From: Mayamaea pseudoterrestris
Taxonomy: Eukaryota
Direction: 5' to 3'
DNA: 64,000 bases
NCBI GenBank assembly: GCA_027923505.1
Contig: BROI01000004.1
Span: 744,001-808,000, forward strand
Part shown: positions 43,301 through 55,200 of the stretch, in pieces
Position numbering within the stretch: the stretch's first letter is position 1
Layout: each line of letters begins with the position of its first letter
The notes under the pieces: model-generated
Databases searched by the model: none
Told to the model about the DNA's origin: nothing
The model's input: the letters and a program-made list of their open reading frames with translations, nothing else
Translations under genes and position numbers: made by a program

Positions 43301-46300
43301 CGAATGCAAACAAGGGGTCGAGCTCGTCACTTACTCAATTAACTAATGGCCCTTACCCCAGGACTTCTGGACCCCGTTCGGCGTCGGGCTTGCCTGCGGC
43401 TTCCTCCTCGCTTGTATCTTCTTCCTTGAAGTCATCGACACCCTTAAACGTTCTTAATGGAAATGGGCGTTTCATTGCAACATTTAAGCATCATCCTTTA
43501 GCAACAGAGCTTGTTGCTGCAAAATTGCATCTTGACGAGCAAAAAGTAAAAGCCGAGCGCCACCAGATAGCAATTGGTCAATTAAGACATGAAATTGAAT
43601 TTCTTTCAGGCAAGCTGGATAGAACATTAAGATTGGCTTCGTATCTTGAATTGAATTCGGTGAAGACAGAGCTGGCCGGTCAGAAGTCGGTGTCGGAAAC
43701 CCAGCGAAGGGAAATTGAAACGTTAAGGCTTCAAGTGGCGGCACTAGTGTCGAAACTTGGAAAGGCTTTGGAAGTTAATGAATTATCCTCGGAAAGCCGT
43801 ATGACACTAGAGAAAAGCTCTAGCCTACTTCAATCAGGAAAACGAAAGAAAAGTTACAAACAACTACAGTCGATCAATTCAAAACCTCGGATTGGTCCGA
43901 AAAGGTATTGGTTCTCAGGTTCTGCGAGCAGAAACGAGACAGAGTCTGTAGACAATACAGGTAGCAACGGTACGGCCAAATTAGATTTATATAAATTTGA
44001 TCACGTGACACTCTTCTGACGCATTCTCAATTACAGTCGTGACCATGGAGCAGGAGTTAAAGTTGCCACAGGCTGGGCCGCGACAGTATTGGCTCACAAA
44101 TGCGACGAAGGTGACAGGCCTCCCATCTCCTGACACCCCAAAGAACGAAATTTTTGCAGAAGTTGCACCTCAGGCGAAGGTGGATGTTGAAATAACGAGC
44201 CAAGTGTCAAACAGTACCCGGCCGAGGCAGTATTGGTTCCCAAAGAGGGATGTACAAGGCAACGTTAACGTTACTTTAATGTCACCATCGCCGGTCGACA
44301 ATTCGAAACAAGCTGCTAATCATGTGGTGAATGACTCAATTGGTCAGGAAAATAGCTTTGTTAAGAACAAAATATTTGGGTCAGTAGCGGAGCAGGCGGG
44401 CATGGAAGTGAAGGCAGCACACGAGGTGATTGCAAAAGCCTTGAACGAAGACAGCATAGATGTCGACAGCGAGTACAACGCAACTGAGCAAGAAATCTGG
44501 GCGGACAGTCAACCGTTTATAAATTCGCCTGTCAGTTTAGTTGAAAATTCCGTTGAATTAGCATCCGAGAGGACAAGAAAGGTATTGTCTGGGTCAGCAA
44601 GCGATGCAACCTCTGACGCTACTAAAGCAAATAACAAGAATGCGATCGTCGAACATGCTCCGACGAATTTAGTGACCGCTTGTGCAGATTGCATTCCATC
44701 AGAATATCAACTACTGCGCACAAGTATGACGGATGAAGCGTCGGTAATGCTAAACGCTAGTCTTTCGACTTCCGCTGATCAACCATCGGAAAACAGCCGG
44801 TCAATGACAAAAGAATTCCAATCGATTTTCTCTACCTCGACTACTAACGTATATGCATCGACCGCTAGCGAGAGCCTTGCAATGGAAAGTGACAGGCTTG
44901 AAAACCTAACATCGTATTCGAACAAATTAAGTCCGGAGCGTGCATCAGAGCTCGATTACTTTAGCTTAGTGTCAGGCTACAAAGTTGGAGCAATTCGAAA
45001 CGCAAGAAAGTTTAACCAAACAAGCTGGCTTCCCGACAATTCTGCTGCTGAGCATTTCAAAGCGACCACTCGAACGACGCGCAATGACTCGAGAAGTGGA
45101 TCTACATCACAATTTGTGGGCGACTACTTCAGCTCACTATCTAAATTTACGTCGCATTATCCGACGGCCAAACGGACAATGGGCTATTCAGCCAGTTCAT
45201 CTCTAAGTCAGACAGCAAAAGTGGCCGCTACTCCAGAAGTTGAGCTTGCTGAAGCTGTTGCTGCAGTCACAGTGAATAAACTAAACCAAGGGAATGCCAG
45301 TTGCGAAATGACACGTCCAAACGGAGCGGATCATGCGACAGTTTTCCTCAATGATGGCCTACATCGACACGCATCTGCGCAGCCATTTCATAAAACAGAG
45401 GGAAATAGATCTATGCTGACTGCGGAGCACATGGCTGGCGACACATTCCGCACCAAGGCAGTATCGCTTGCGAACAAGATATCTGTACAAAGACAAGACA
45501 TTGACTCGTCGACTGCTTTCAATACGACGGACTTTGTGGACGACCAGGCGACGAGTTCTATTGGATCGCATACCGCTATACCTCCGTCGTCATTAGAAAA
45601 TGGGTTTACTGTTAATGCTATCTTAAACACATCAGCGATGGAACCACCATCTCATTCTTTTGTTCCCTCCAGCACCATAAAAATTACGTTACCGGTTAAA
45701 CAAGACAAGGTATCTACACCAGCATCTACACCAGCAGCAAATGGATCGACGAGAAAATTTCAGTCAAGCAAACTATTGAAAGTCCCACCTCCGAAAAGTT
45801 TCTTGACGCAAAGCGCTAGAACAGTCGAGGGAGTACGTAACAACAACACCCTGCATTCGCTTACATCACTATCATTGCAAGCACCTAAAGACGTGCACAA
45901 CGTTACAGTGATTGCATCTGCCTTCACACAGACGAAAGTCAATGATTCATCTGGGTTGGCCGTGTCGTCAGTAACCAATATACGGACGAGCGATTTGTAT
46001 CATGCAAAACCAGCCGTCGGTACATCTCCTATAAAAGCCAAACGGCGGTCACAGTCAGCTGCGTCGAAGGAGCATCTGCGCGAAATGAAGACTCGCGGTG
46101 GACATGCGGTTCGTGAGGCCTCAGTTCTCCGAGTGAGCGCCCTGGCCTCGACGGTGGCAAAGTGGTTGCCCTTCTGGAAACCAAATGCGTCCGCGCAGCA
46201 ACCCGTACACTCGAGAACGCTCGTTCCGCCTGTGAAAATTGTGTCTCCTGTAGATGAATACTCAGAAACAGTGGACGAATCATCTTATAAGGCACATTGG

Positions 46301-46363
46301 CTACCGTTTGGTGACAATCTGGAATCATGGATTTACGAGGAAGACGCTTCCGATCGCCGCTAA
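40306..46363 (+). CDS. Giant (~1996 aa) intrinsically disordered protein with bipartite plastid presequence, 2 exons
   Basis: MKLPFHLLIALASASLVAS-FQP. Intron ~43970-44036 (GTACGG..CTGAC..TTACAG, phase 1) joins the 1237-aa and 774-aa ORFs in frame. Rich in S/T/A/E/D. Confidence 0.75.
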
Positions 46364-46421
46364 GCGATCTACTGCCCGAAAGAACCTGCTGCTAAGCGAT
46401 CTACTGCCCGAAAGAACCTGC
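46359..46421. repeat. 32-bp-period tandem duplication over the stop codon of the giant gene
   Basis: GCTAAGCGATCTACTGCCCGAAAGAACCTGC at 46359 and 46391. Confidence 0.9.
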
Positions 46422-46963
46422 ATATCATACGTATAACATTAACATACATGAAATAATAAACGAACCTTGCTACCTAATGCGTCAAACACGCCATAGATTG
46501 CTAATAAGTTTTTTCGAATGAGAGAGTGAAGTATATATTTTGTGTTGTAGGTAAACTTGGAAGGCCGTATGCTGATTGTTAGAAAAATTCTGTCGATGCC
46601 AAGCAGAGATGTTGGACGTCGACACAAGTAAGGCTGTACCAGCACAAGCACTACTCGAAGCACGGGTAATACTCGTACCGATTGATAGCTAAACTTAGCA
46701 TTAGCAGTGCGACACCGCAAACAACATCCAAGCTTCACTTTTCGCCATGACGCAAACACACTTTCGAAGCAGCTTGTAAAGACTGTTATCCGACTTGCCT
46801 TCTATCCAGCTTAATATCCCTTGGGCTTGATAAATAGACCTTGCACAATTATCGCGCCCGACAAGAGAAGAGCGGGATTCAATTGACGCACCAAATCAGT
46901 TTTCCCATCGCCTCGATTTCAATTGCACCGCTACAGTCACGACATTAATTTACACTCACTATT

Positions 46964-48808
46964 ATGAGCGAATCGAACGAATTGCAACGCAAGTTGGATT
47001 TGAATCTGCTTCTTGCAGAGTTTCCTACATTAAATATCAATGACGATCCGCGCGAAACTGAATCTCCTACAAGCGACACGGGCAAATCTTCCTCAACGGA
47101 GTCATTGGCGGAATACGCAAAGGAGGACGACGACGACATTGACATTAATGAGACGCCAGGCATTGGAGACTTTGTCGAGATTACTTCAAAAAAGGACGAA
47201 GAAAAGTACCAAGGCATATACGGGTACATCGAAGCGAAAACGAAGAAGGGATTTCGTGTCGCTCTTGACACTTGCGAAACTGCGGACTACCGCACCATTG
47301 ACAACGAATCCCTTGTTATTGGCGCCGACGACATGATGGTCATTCGCAAGCACAAGAAACATGAGTTTTTGCCTATTTGGGCCTTTCGTTCTCTTACCGT
47401 CGCGTGCTATGGAGCCATGACGAAGGACTATGTTGATGGCGAAAGTGTCGACTTATTTGATTCAGACTTGGCCGCTGGTATACTGCCCCGGCCTCTCATC
47501 AAGAGCTTGCCACTTCCACCGCTGGATTCTCCGTTATTTTCTTTTGAAGACGACGCCCAGAAACACTTGTACCTGTTATTCTGGACAGGCCAATACACGG
47601 TTCTTTTTTCGCATCACTTTCACGACGAAACTGGCAAAGCTTGTATTGCTATGCCTTCCAACCAAGTGCTGATGATGGCAGTCGAAGATTCAGTGACCAA
47701 GAAGTCAGCAGGAATCATCTCTTTTCATTACGACATCAAAAGGAAGGGCACCCACGCGACTCTGACTATCAGCACACACTTGTACAACGGGACAGTTTGG
47801 GCCATGACGACGGAGCAAAACTCAGCGCTCCAGGCACGTACGGCGCATTTGCTAGTGCGATCGGCTGGTTGTTCGCTTGGGTTTCGCAACGTTTGCGCCT
47901 TGGCGGCATGCGCCATCCAGTGGTACGAAGACAATGGCCGGCACGACGAAAAGAATGACGTATTGATTGCAGTGGCAGACATTGCGATTCTCACGGGACA
48001 ATCCGATGTTTGCGTTGGTTTATGCTTTCGAAAGGTGATCATGGGCTTGAACGACCTCCAAGCATATGATATGATTATTGGTGTCTCGCAGCAGGTTCTG
48101 GATGATTATGCCTGCGGAGCTGATATGGTTTGGTTTACCCGTGCCATTGGCGTGGGTCATTTGCTGAACGGTGAGTCTGAAAGGGCGTCGGAGGCATTAT
48201 GGTTGGCGATGCAGCTCTACTTTGAGCACTTTGGTCGCAAGGTCACCAAAAACGAGTTGTTTCAAGACTTGGCCACGGATATGACGCACTTGTACTACCG
48301 CAAGAAGCAAAACGGGAAACTGGCTACGGAGTCGATGGACGTCCCTGTTCTTCTAGGGGCCTGCTGCGAGACAGCCTTCCAAATGGGAATGGCTCGCAAT
48401 ACGCTTGAACCGGCGGCGACCAAGTTTCACTTTCGCAATGATGCAAAAAAGGCGCTCTTTGCGGCACTTGCTACCGCGGCAGCCTTTGTTTGCGAAAAGG
48501 AGCGCGACAACCAGTTTCTCGCCTCGGTGCTCCAATGGAAGGGCAAGGATTTCTTGTCGGGATATTTTACCGACTTGCATCTCTTTTTGTCAATTGTGCG
48601 AGACGCTTATACGTCGTCGTTCGAAAATGTTGGTTTGGCAATGCTCACATACTGCGCCCAGCCCTGCCAGAATCCCACTTGCGAAGGCTGTGAGACTGCC
48701 AAGCTCAAGTGCACCCGATGCAAGCAAGCTTGGTACTGCTGTAAGGATTGCCAGGTGAGCCATTGGAAGGACCACAAGAGCGGTTGTGCGAAAGGAAAGA
48801 AGGAATGA
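46964..48808 (+). CDS. KOW-like / MYND zinc finger protein, paralog of the 14412-16257 gene
   Basis: IGDFVEITSKK..YQGIYGYI, and CQNPTC..CTRCKQAWYCCKDCQVSHWKDHKSGC. Confidence 0.85.
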   Translation: MSESNELQRKLDLNLLLAEFPTLNINDDPRETESPTSDTGKSSSTESLAEYAKEDDDDIDINETPGIGDFVEITSKKDEEKYQGIYGYIEAKTKKGFRVALDTCETADYRTIDNESLVIGADDMMVIRKHKKHEFLPIWAFRSLTVACYGAMTKDYVDGESVDLFDSDLAAGILPRPLIKSLPLPPLDSPLFSFEDDAQKHLYLLFWTGQYTVLFSHHFHDETGKACIAMPSNQVLMMAVEDSVTKKSAGIISFHYDIKRKGTHATLTISTHLYNGTVWAMTTEQNSALQARTAHLLVRSAGCSLGFRNVCALAACAIQWYEDNGRHDEKNDVLIAVADIAILTGQSDVCVGLCFRKVIMGLNDLQAYDMIIGVSQQVLDDYACGADMVWFTRAIGVGHLLNGESERASEALWLAMQLYFEHFGRKVTKNELFQDLATDMTHLYYRKKQNGKLATESMDVPVLLGACCETAFQMGMARNTLEPAATKFHFRNDAKKALFAALATAAAFVCEKERDNQFLASVLQWKGKDFLSGYFTDLHLFLSIVRDAYTSSFENVGLAMLTYCAQPCQNPTCEGCETAKLKCTRCKQAWYCCKDCQVSHWKDHKSGCAKGKKE

Positions 48809-48937
48809 GACAAAGACATATTTTTTAACGCATGCAGCAAATTAGTGATCGAATTTCATGATTAAGGAGCATATATACGACGACATAGAAAAAGGTAGTA
48901 AACATGCAAAACTAACACAAACCTATGTCCTGTCCAA

Positions 48938-50422
48938 TCACTCATTTGTATCCATCGCCTCCATGTTGCCCCCTCCTTCGACATCCATGTCAGTCGTGCT
49001 TGAGCTCTTGCTCAATTTCGAAACTTGTTGTTTGATGGCACGATAAAGCTCCACTGGCCGCTTGAACTGCAACTCGTTCATCTCCTTTCGTACAGCATCG
49101 AGTTCGCTTTGGCGCCAACCGGAATTCTCCTTGGCTAACATCTTTTCAATTGAAACTCCGCCATTGACTTTGGGACAGTCCGTCGCCATTTTCAGCATGA
49201 TAACAATGTCGTTCCATTCAAATGGAACATTATGCTCTGTATCTCCAAACGTTGAGCTTGCCGTGTAGAATTGATATTCTGATGTTTCGCCGTCGCCGGC
49301 CATTTCTTGCTCCAGCTCGGTCATCTCTGCAACAATGGCTTCCGTCGTGCTGATACGGGTCATGGTTTCAATAATCAAGAATTCAAATGCGTCTGCTGAC
49401 CCCGAAATGTTTTGCGACACTTGTACGAGATCGTGCAAGGCAGGAATCTCCGTTTGAAAAAATGGATTGCCATTGTGAACCTGCAAACGAGGTCCGCGAA
49501 TGACTGGATCACTCAGAAACGTTGCAAAGCTTGGTCGAAGAGCTTCGTTCGCCGACGAGACGACATTGCTGTGTGAATTGACTCGGACAAAACCGATTTG
49601 AATGTCATGCTGGCCATTGATTTGGAGATTGACGATGAGATCGGCTGCAACATTATCCGGAGCAGCATCGACACGGAGTATACGGATTCCGAAAAGAGCC
49701 TGGTGAATGTCAAAGACAGTCTGGCAAAGGTCTCGGGCTCGTTTCAAAGCGTTGTGTGGCTCTAAAATCGCCTCGTTTTGCTTTTGCAGCGCAGCAAGTT
49801 GCGCCTCTTCGTCAAGCGGTGAACCGTCTCCCAGGTTCACTAGCTTTTCCTTTTCCTGTAACGACTTGCTCAATTGATCATTCAGTCGACGTTTAGCGGC
49901 TAGCGTCGCTTTGAGCTCGGTCGCTTTTAGTTGCAAACGTTCCAATCGACGCTGCTCCTCCTCCATTTCATTCTCGTCCACCGGCACGACATTTTCCTGC
50001 TCCGAAACTGAGCCCAAAATGCCTCGGGCCGACATGTCATGCATGGTATCCTCCAAATCAGCTCGCTTTTGCATCAAGCTCTCATACTTGGCTTCAATAA
50101 CGATTCGCGCTTGAGTTAAATCCTGAGTAATTTCCTTGACTTGCTCAATCAATTGCTGCTTTTGCTCATTCAATTGCATTCGAGCTTGCGGATCAACAGT
50201 CGGAACCTTATTTTCCTTGGCGAATTCAATGTACTTGATCAGGGTTTGCTCATTTACATACATGTCGCGATCCGCCTTGAACTGCGCAAGGACAGCAGCA
50301 GCCGAAACATTCATGGCTGAAGCCTCGGAAGCATCCTTGATCAGCCCTTCCGGCGGTTTAAACTGATCCAGCGCATCCAAACTTGCGCGAATGCGATCAA
50401 AGGTTGCGGAAGCCGTCGCCAT
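48938..50422 (-). CDS. Coiled-coil protein with a globular C-terminal half (possibly RWD-type, kinetochore-like)
   Basis: ~494 aa from MATASATF. Heptad-rich N-half, then a beta-rich region (FGIRILRVD, LIVNLQING, IVIMLKMATDCP). Confidence 0.7.
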   Translation of the reverse strand: MATASATFDRIRASLDALDQFKPPEGLIKDASEASAMNVSAAAVLAQFKADRDMYVNEQTLIKYIEFAKENKVPTVDPQARMQLNEQKQQLIEQVKEITQDLTQARIVIEAKYESLMQKRADLEDTMHDMSARGILGSVSEQENVVPVDENEMEEEQRRLERLQLKATELKATLAAKRRLNDQLSKSLQEKEKLVNLGDGSPLDEEAQLAALQKQNEAILEPHNALKRARDLCQTVFDIHQALFGIRILRVDAAPDNVAADLIVNLQINGQHDIQIGFVRVNSHSNVVSSANEALRPSFATFLSDPVIRGPRLQVHNGNPFFQTEIPALHDLVQVSQNISGSADAFEFLIIETMTRISTTEAIVAEMTELEQEMAGDGETSEYQFYTASSTFGDTEHNVPFEWNDIVIMLKMATDCPKVNGGVSIEKMLAKENSGWRQSELDAVRKEMNELQFKRPVELYRAIKQQVSKLSKSSSTTDMDVEGGGNMEAMDTNE

Positions 50423-51040
50423 GCTGCTTTCGTAAAGAGTTGTTGGGTATTGTTTGGGAGCGTTTGCTCTGACTTTTGACAACGAGGTGTGTGAATGGCA
50501 GCAAATCGTCCGTTCAAACCGCGAACCGCCAATGGCCGCATTCAAAACACGTTTTCGACATACGAAACTGAGAACCTTTATGACAACAAGTGTTTAGCTA
50601 TGGTGTATACCAAAGTAGGTTGTATTTTTCGATTTACTATTCTATACATTCGCGATGTGAATGAGTAGGATGAAAAGTAATAATGTAATCTATTTAGCAT
50701 CTAACAATGCGGCCTGCGTCTGACGCAATCGTACATAGACTTCAAATGTACAACTCCAGGGCTCTCGCGTGTATTGTCAGTTTTACTTGAATTACATGAT
50801 TACAACAAGCCCGCGGTACGAGATAGTTAAACGAGCAAACCAAACAAGCTATTTATGTATGTGTATATCATTCGTTTATAGGCGCAAGTTGACGCGTCGG
50901 TTAATGGTCGAACAGTCGAACATGATTGCGAATGGACATTGATGTGAGTGCATATCGCATGTCGGCACACCTTCTTATACCATGCCATGACCCATTTCGA
51001 GAAGTCAATATTCTATTTCCTTATTTTGTCCACACCAAGT

Positions 51041-51340
51041 CTACAAATGATCAGGATCTGACGACGTTAACGTCCATGCCGCCAGGCTTGCCGCCGTCTT
51101 CCCACTGCCAACATTGGTTAGATCGCTTGCATTCGTAGCGTACATCCAATTGTCTTGCTGTAACTCCTTTGTCAACCCACGCAGCGCGTCTAGCTTTTCC
51201 GATAGCAAGGCTTTTCGATTTCCGAGCGAGCACTGCTGGTGGTCTTGCTCGTCAAGCAAAAGGTGCATCTTATTGTTGCCACGGCCGATGGAGTCATATT
51301 GACCAAAGTTGCCTATAGCTGAAGCAGGTGTCGAGCTCAT
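51041..51340 (-). CDS. Small protein with an APC16-like C-terminal helix
   Basis: 99-aa ORF from MSSTPAS containing EKLDALRGLTKELQQDNWMY. Confidence 0.5.
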   Translation of the reverse strand: MSSTPASAIGNFGQYDSIGRGNNKMHLLLDEQDHQQCSLGNRKALLSEKLDALRGLTKELQQDNWMYATNASDLTNVGSGKTAASLAAWTLTSSDPDHL

Positions 51341-52273
51341 TATCGAGGGAGCAGCACAGTAGATATAATATGAGTAATCGAAGAGAGTGCAGCTCGTTGC
51401 AACATGCAACATGCGCCATTGTTAACGCAGCGTGAATCGAACAAAAAATATCGCATCGGTACTTGTACTGCCTATTCGTAGTACGGTGCGTCGTTTGGGT
51501 TGCAATGGATGGCAAACTCCTACAGGAAAGAGTTGATGTACTCATCACTGCGAGCTGTGCGACGTATGAAAGTAGTTGTAAAAAGTATGATTGTGATGAG
51601 CTAAAAGCATATTATTTGTTTGTAAACCGAGAGAACAAAACGAAAGTGCATCATCCGTGAATCGAACACGGGGCCCGACGATGGCAACGTCGGATTTTAC
51701 CACTAAACCAATGATGCTTGTGCTTCAAAGGAAGGCAAATTTATACCTGACCACTAAAAACATGTCAAAAATCCCGCCATTTACTCTCTTTACACAGCGA
51801 ATGGGTCCAGTTTCGACAATGGCTGCCTTGTCACTGCAAGTCAATGCAGCAACAAGAGTGACTGCGCTGTCGCTGCGATCAATTGCGGCCGCGAAGAGAC
51901 AATGCTTGCTTGAGCACTGCGAGCGCATGTATCATATTTCAACGATGCGAATTGCAATGCGATCGACTCGAAGGTTGAGCGACTGGCCGGTGTCTTTTTA
52001 TGCAGGGAATGTATGTCGATAGTGGCTCACTCAGAGAGCGACTTTGACTAATTCGGACCTCCTACCAATGGCATCGGCTCGAAACCGTAGCTAATTACCG
52101 TCGAATATTGGCATGGCTTGACTTTTCGCGGACAACAATAATGCACACTTTCTAAAAATGAAACTTTTGTACCTGGCAATACTTCGTTTTATAATCGTTT
52201 ACCGGTAAACAAGACTCTTGTGTCTGAGGATGTAAACACGAGCAGCTCAACAAACAATACCCCACAATGCCAG

Positions 52274-55200
52274 CTAATTCAGTTTTTTGCCAGCGCGAGC
52301 AAGAGGATCAATCTGAGACTGTCGGTCCAGCAGGTAAAAGATGCGAGCAGCACTCTTTTCCACTTCCTTCCGATCACTCATATCCTGAAATGCTGCGCCG
52401 AGCCCAAACAATCCAAAGAGAATGGAAAATTGAGCCACCAAGAAGTCCTTAAGATCGTATTTGTCCGGAAAAGTAAAGAGAAGGTAGCCCCCAAAGAACA
52501 TTTGCAAGCCGTTGATCCACTGCTGCACAAACATGGATAGGCCGTTCGCCAATCCACCCATGAACGCCTCCTTTCTATAGTTCGCCTCGTCAAATGATAG
52601 AGCACGTTCATAGTCGTTGTAGCGTCGATTCTCAAGCGTAAGGGCAGCGACCGTGCGAATGTTCAATAATGTCTCAACAATAATGCCTCCAGGAGAATTC
52701 AGCTCATCAGCAATATTATTACTGGCAGCTTCGTCCGTTCCCATCATACGAGAATGCTGAACCGAGACTGCCGCTGCCATGACGGGAACGCAACCAATAG
52801 CCAGCAACGCAAATTGCCACATGTAGAATAGCGAGAGAACTATACCAGTGACGATTGCGGCCATGGCAATGATAAACGATCTGACAGGCTCGCCACTAAA
52901 TGCCTGAATTCGCGCAGCATCATCTTGGAGCTGCGAAGTTATGCTACCGACACTGCGCTTGTCGAAGTATGCAGGCTCTTGTCGCATCAATGCTAGAAAA
53001 CCAGCATCTCGAATTCTTTTGCTCAAACGCTCGCTTGCAGTACCGAACCCCCAGAAGGTTAACATATTGCCCATGAGGCAGCCAACAACGCACAAGATAA
53101 CCCAGAAGCTTGCCACGATGAAGCTTCTGTGACGCATGTACTCCGCCTCCGTATCCCAGTAAGCCTCGCAGCTGGGCTCATTATTTGGGATAAATGCGTC
53201 GCTGCAAGGCGAGACTGGCCGAAACAGCAAGTCAATCGTCTGAGCGAATAGAATTCCCCTGCGTGTGCAACCGCAAGTGAGCTTAGTATCGATTCTATTT
53301 CACCACTACACCGCTGCAGAGTAACTGATACGTACCACATCGGAAAGACTCCACCGGCACACACAGCACCAATGCTGCCGAGCAACAGATACATGGCATC
53401 CGGACGGGCCATGGCTCGAGCGCGCTTAGCGCTAAATGTGCCGGAATCTTCCTCAACTTCTATCTTTGTTTCGATCTCTTCCTCAGCTCCTTTCTTAACA
53501 TCCTTGGTTTTAACATCCACCTTGCTCGCGCGCAAACCAACAGAATCGACAGTCGAGCTTCTCTTAGACGAATCAAACAAGCGACGGTAACGACCATCAG
53601 GTATCTTGATCAACTCATCGTGGGAACCTTGCTCCCAAACCTTGCCATCCGAAATAAAGGCAATCGTGTCAGCGTTTCTGATGGTGCTAAGTCTATGAGC
53701 AATCACAATGCACGTGTGATCTGTCGACGCCATCAAACGATCAATTGCCTCCTGCACGATACCCTCTGACGCGGAGTCAAGTGCACTAAACGAGAAAAAG
53801 CGTTAAATATCGTGTATTAAGCACAAGGGAACAAACAAACTTTACATCGAACATACCTCGTCGCTTCATCGAGAATAAGTACTTTTGGCTTGCGGACAAG
53901 AGCACGCGCAATAGCGACGCGCTGACGTTGACCACCTTTCAGACAAATTTAACGGCAAGTGCAAACAATGGGTAAGATAAGAAGCAGAAATAATAAATGA
54001 CGACATCCGTATATACTTACCGCTTAACTGTGTGCCTCTGGCGCCGACCGGGGTATCGTAGCCTTCTGGGAAGGACGAAATGAAGTCATGACAATTGGCG
54101 TTTCTTGCAGCCTCTTCAATCTCCTTCCGAGAAACCCCGCCGTCGATACCGAAAGCAATGTTTTCTGCGATAGTCATGTTAAACAGAGTAGGCTCTTGAC
54201 CAACATACGCAAGCTGAGAACGATACCAGCCAACATTTAGTGCCTTCAAATCCGTGCCGAGATACTCAATGACACCTTCAGAGGGGTCATAAAACCGCTC
54301 CACTAACCCGACAGTCGTCGATTTCCCGCCTCCTGATGGACCCACGAGGGCTACGGTTTCACCTTGTCGGATCTTTAGATTGAAGTGATCAAAGATAGTC
54401 TTTTGTGGTCGCGAAGGGTACGAAAAGCAGACGTCGCGAAACTCAATGTGGATGGGAGCATCAGCAGCCACCTTTGGAACCATTGGCAAGCCACTGGCTT
54501 CAAGATCCACCGTGGAAACGTCTCTTGAAATAGGAGCAGACTTAGGTTCAGAGTCCTTTCCGTCTTGCTTTTCCACCAGACGACGGTAATACGTCTCTCC
54601 ATCCATAAGGACATCGTGCGTGCCCTGCTCAACAACGCGACCACCCACAACCACAAAAATGCGGTTAGCGTTGCGGATCGTGCTGAGACGATGCGCAATG
54701 ATAATAGTCGTAAGCTTCTTCTTTTGTATAATATTATCCAGCGCGTCTTGGACAACGAGCTCACTTTCTGCGGGAAAGCAAGAGAGCCAGGAGCGTAAGA
54801 AACATGTTATACATGTAAACTAAGCATGACCACACAATCTCTGCAAAGCATGTAAACGGTATAACAAAGCATCACACATATTCTCTACAAGCATTACTTA
54901 CCAGAATCCAAGGCCGAGGTACTTTCATCCAGCAATAAAATCTTTGGGCGGCCGACAAGGATTCTCGCAATAGCAATTCGCTGCTTCTGTCCTCTGTTTC
55001 CGTACATATTGTGAGTTAGCCTTCGACAAACAAAGAATAATGACAACAATCGAGCAGAAGCTTACCCACTCAGCTGACTACCCTTGTCTCCAACCTGCGT
55101 CTCGTATCCATCGCTAAAATTGCTAATGAAATCGTGTGCATTCGCAAGACGACAAGCTTCTTCAATCTCCGCATCAGTGGCGCGAGGGTTACCGTAACGA

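Noticed and set aside
52274..54654. Separate reverse (NBD-TMD) half-transporter gene
   Set aside because: Its frame is continuous with the end of NBD1 inside one exon, with no stop or intergenic space.
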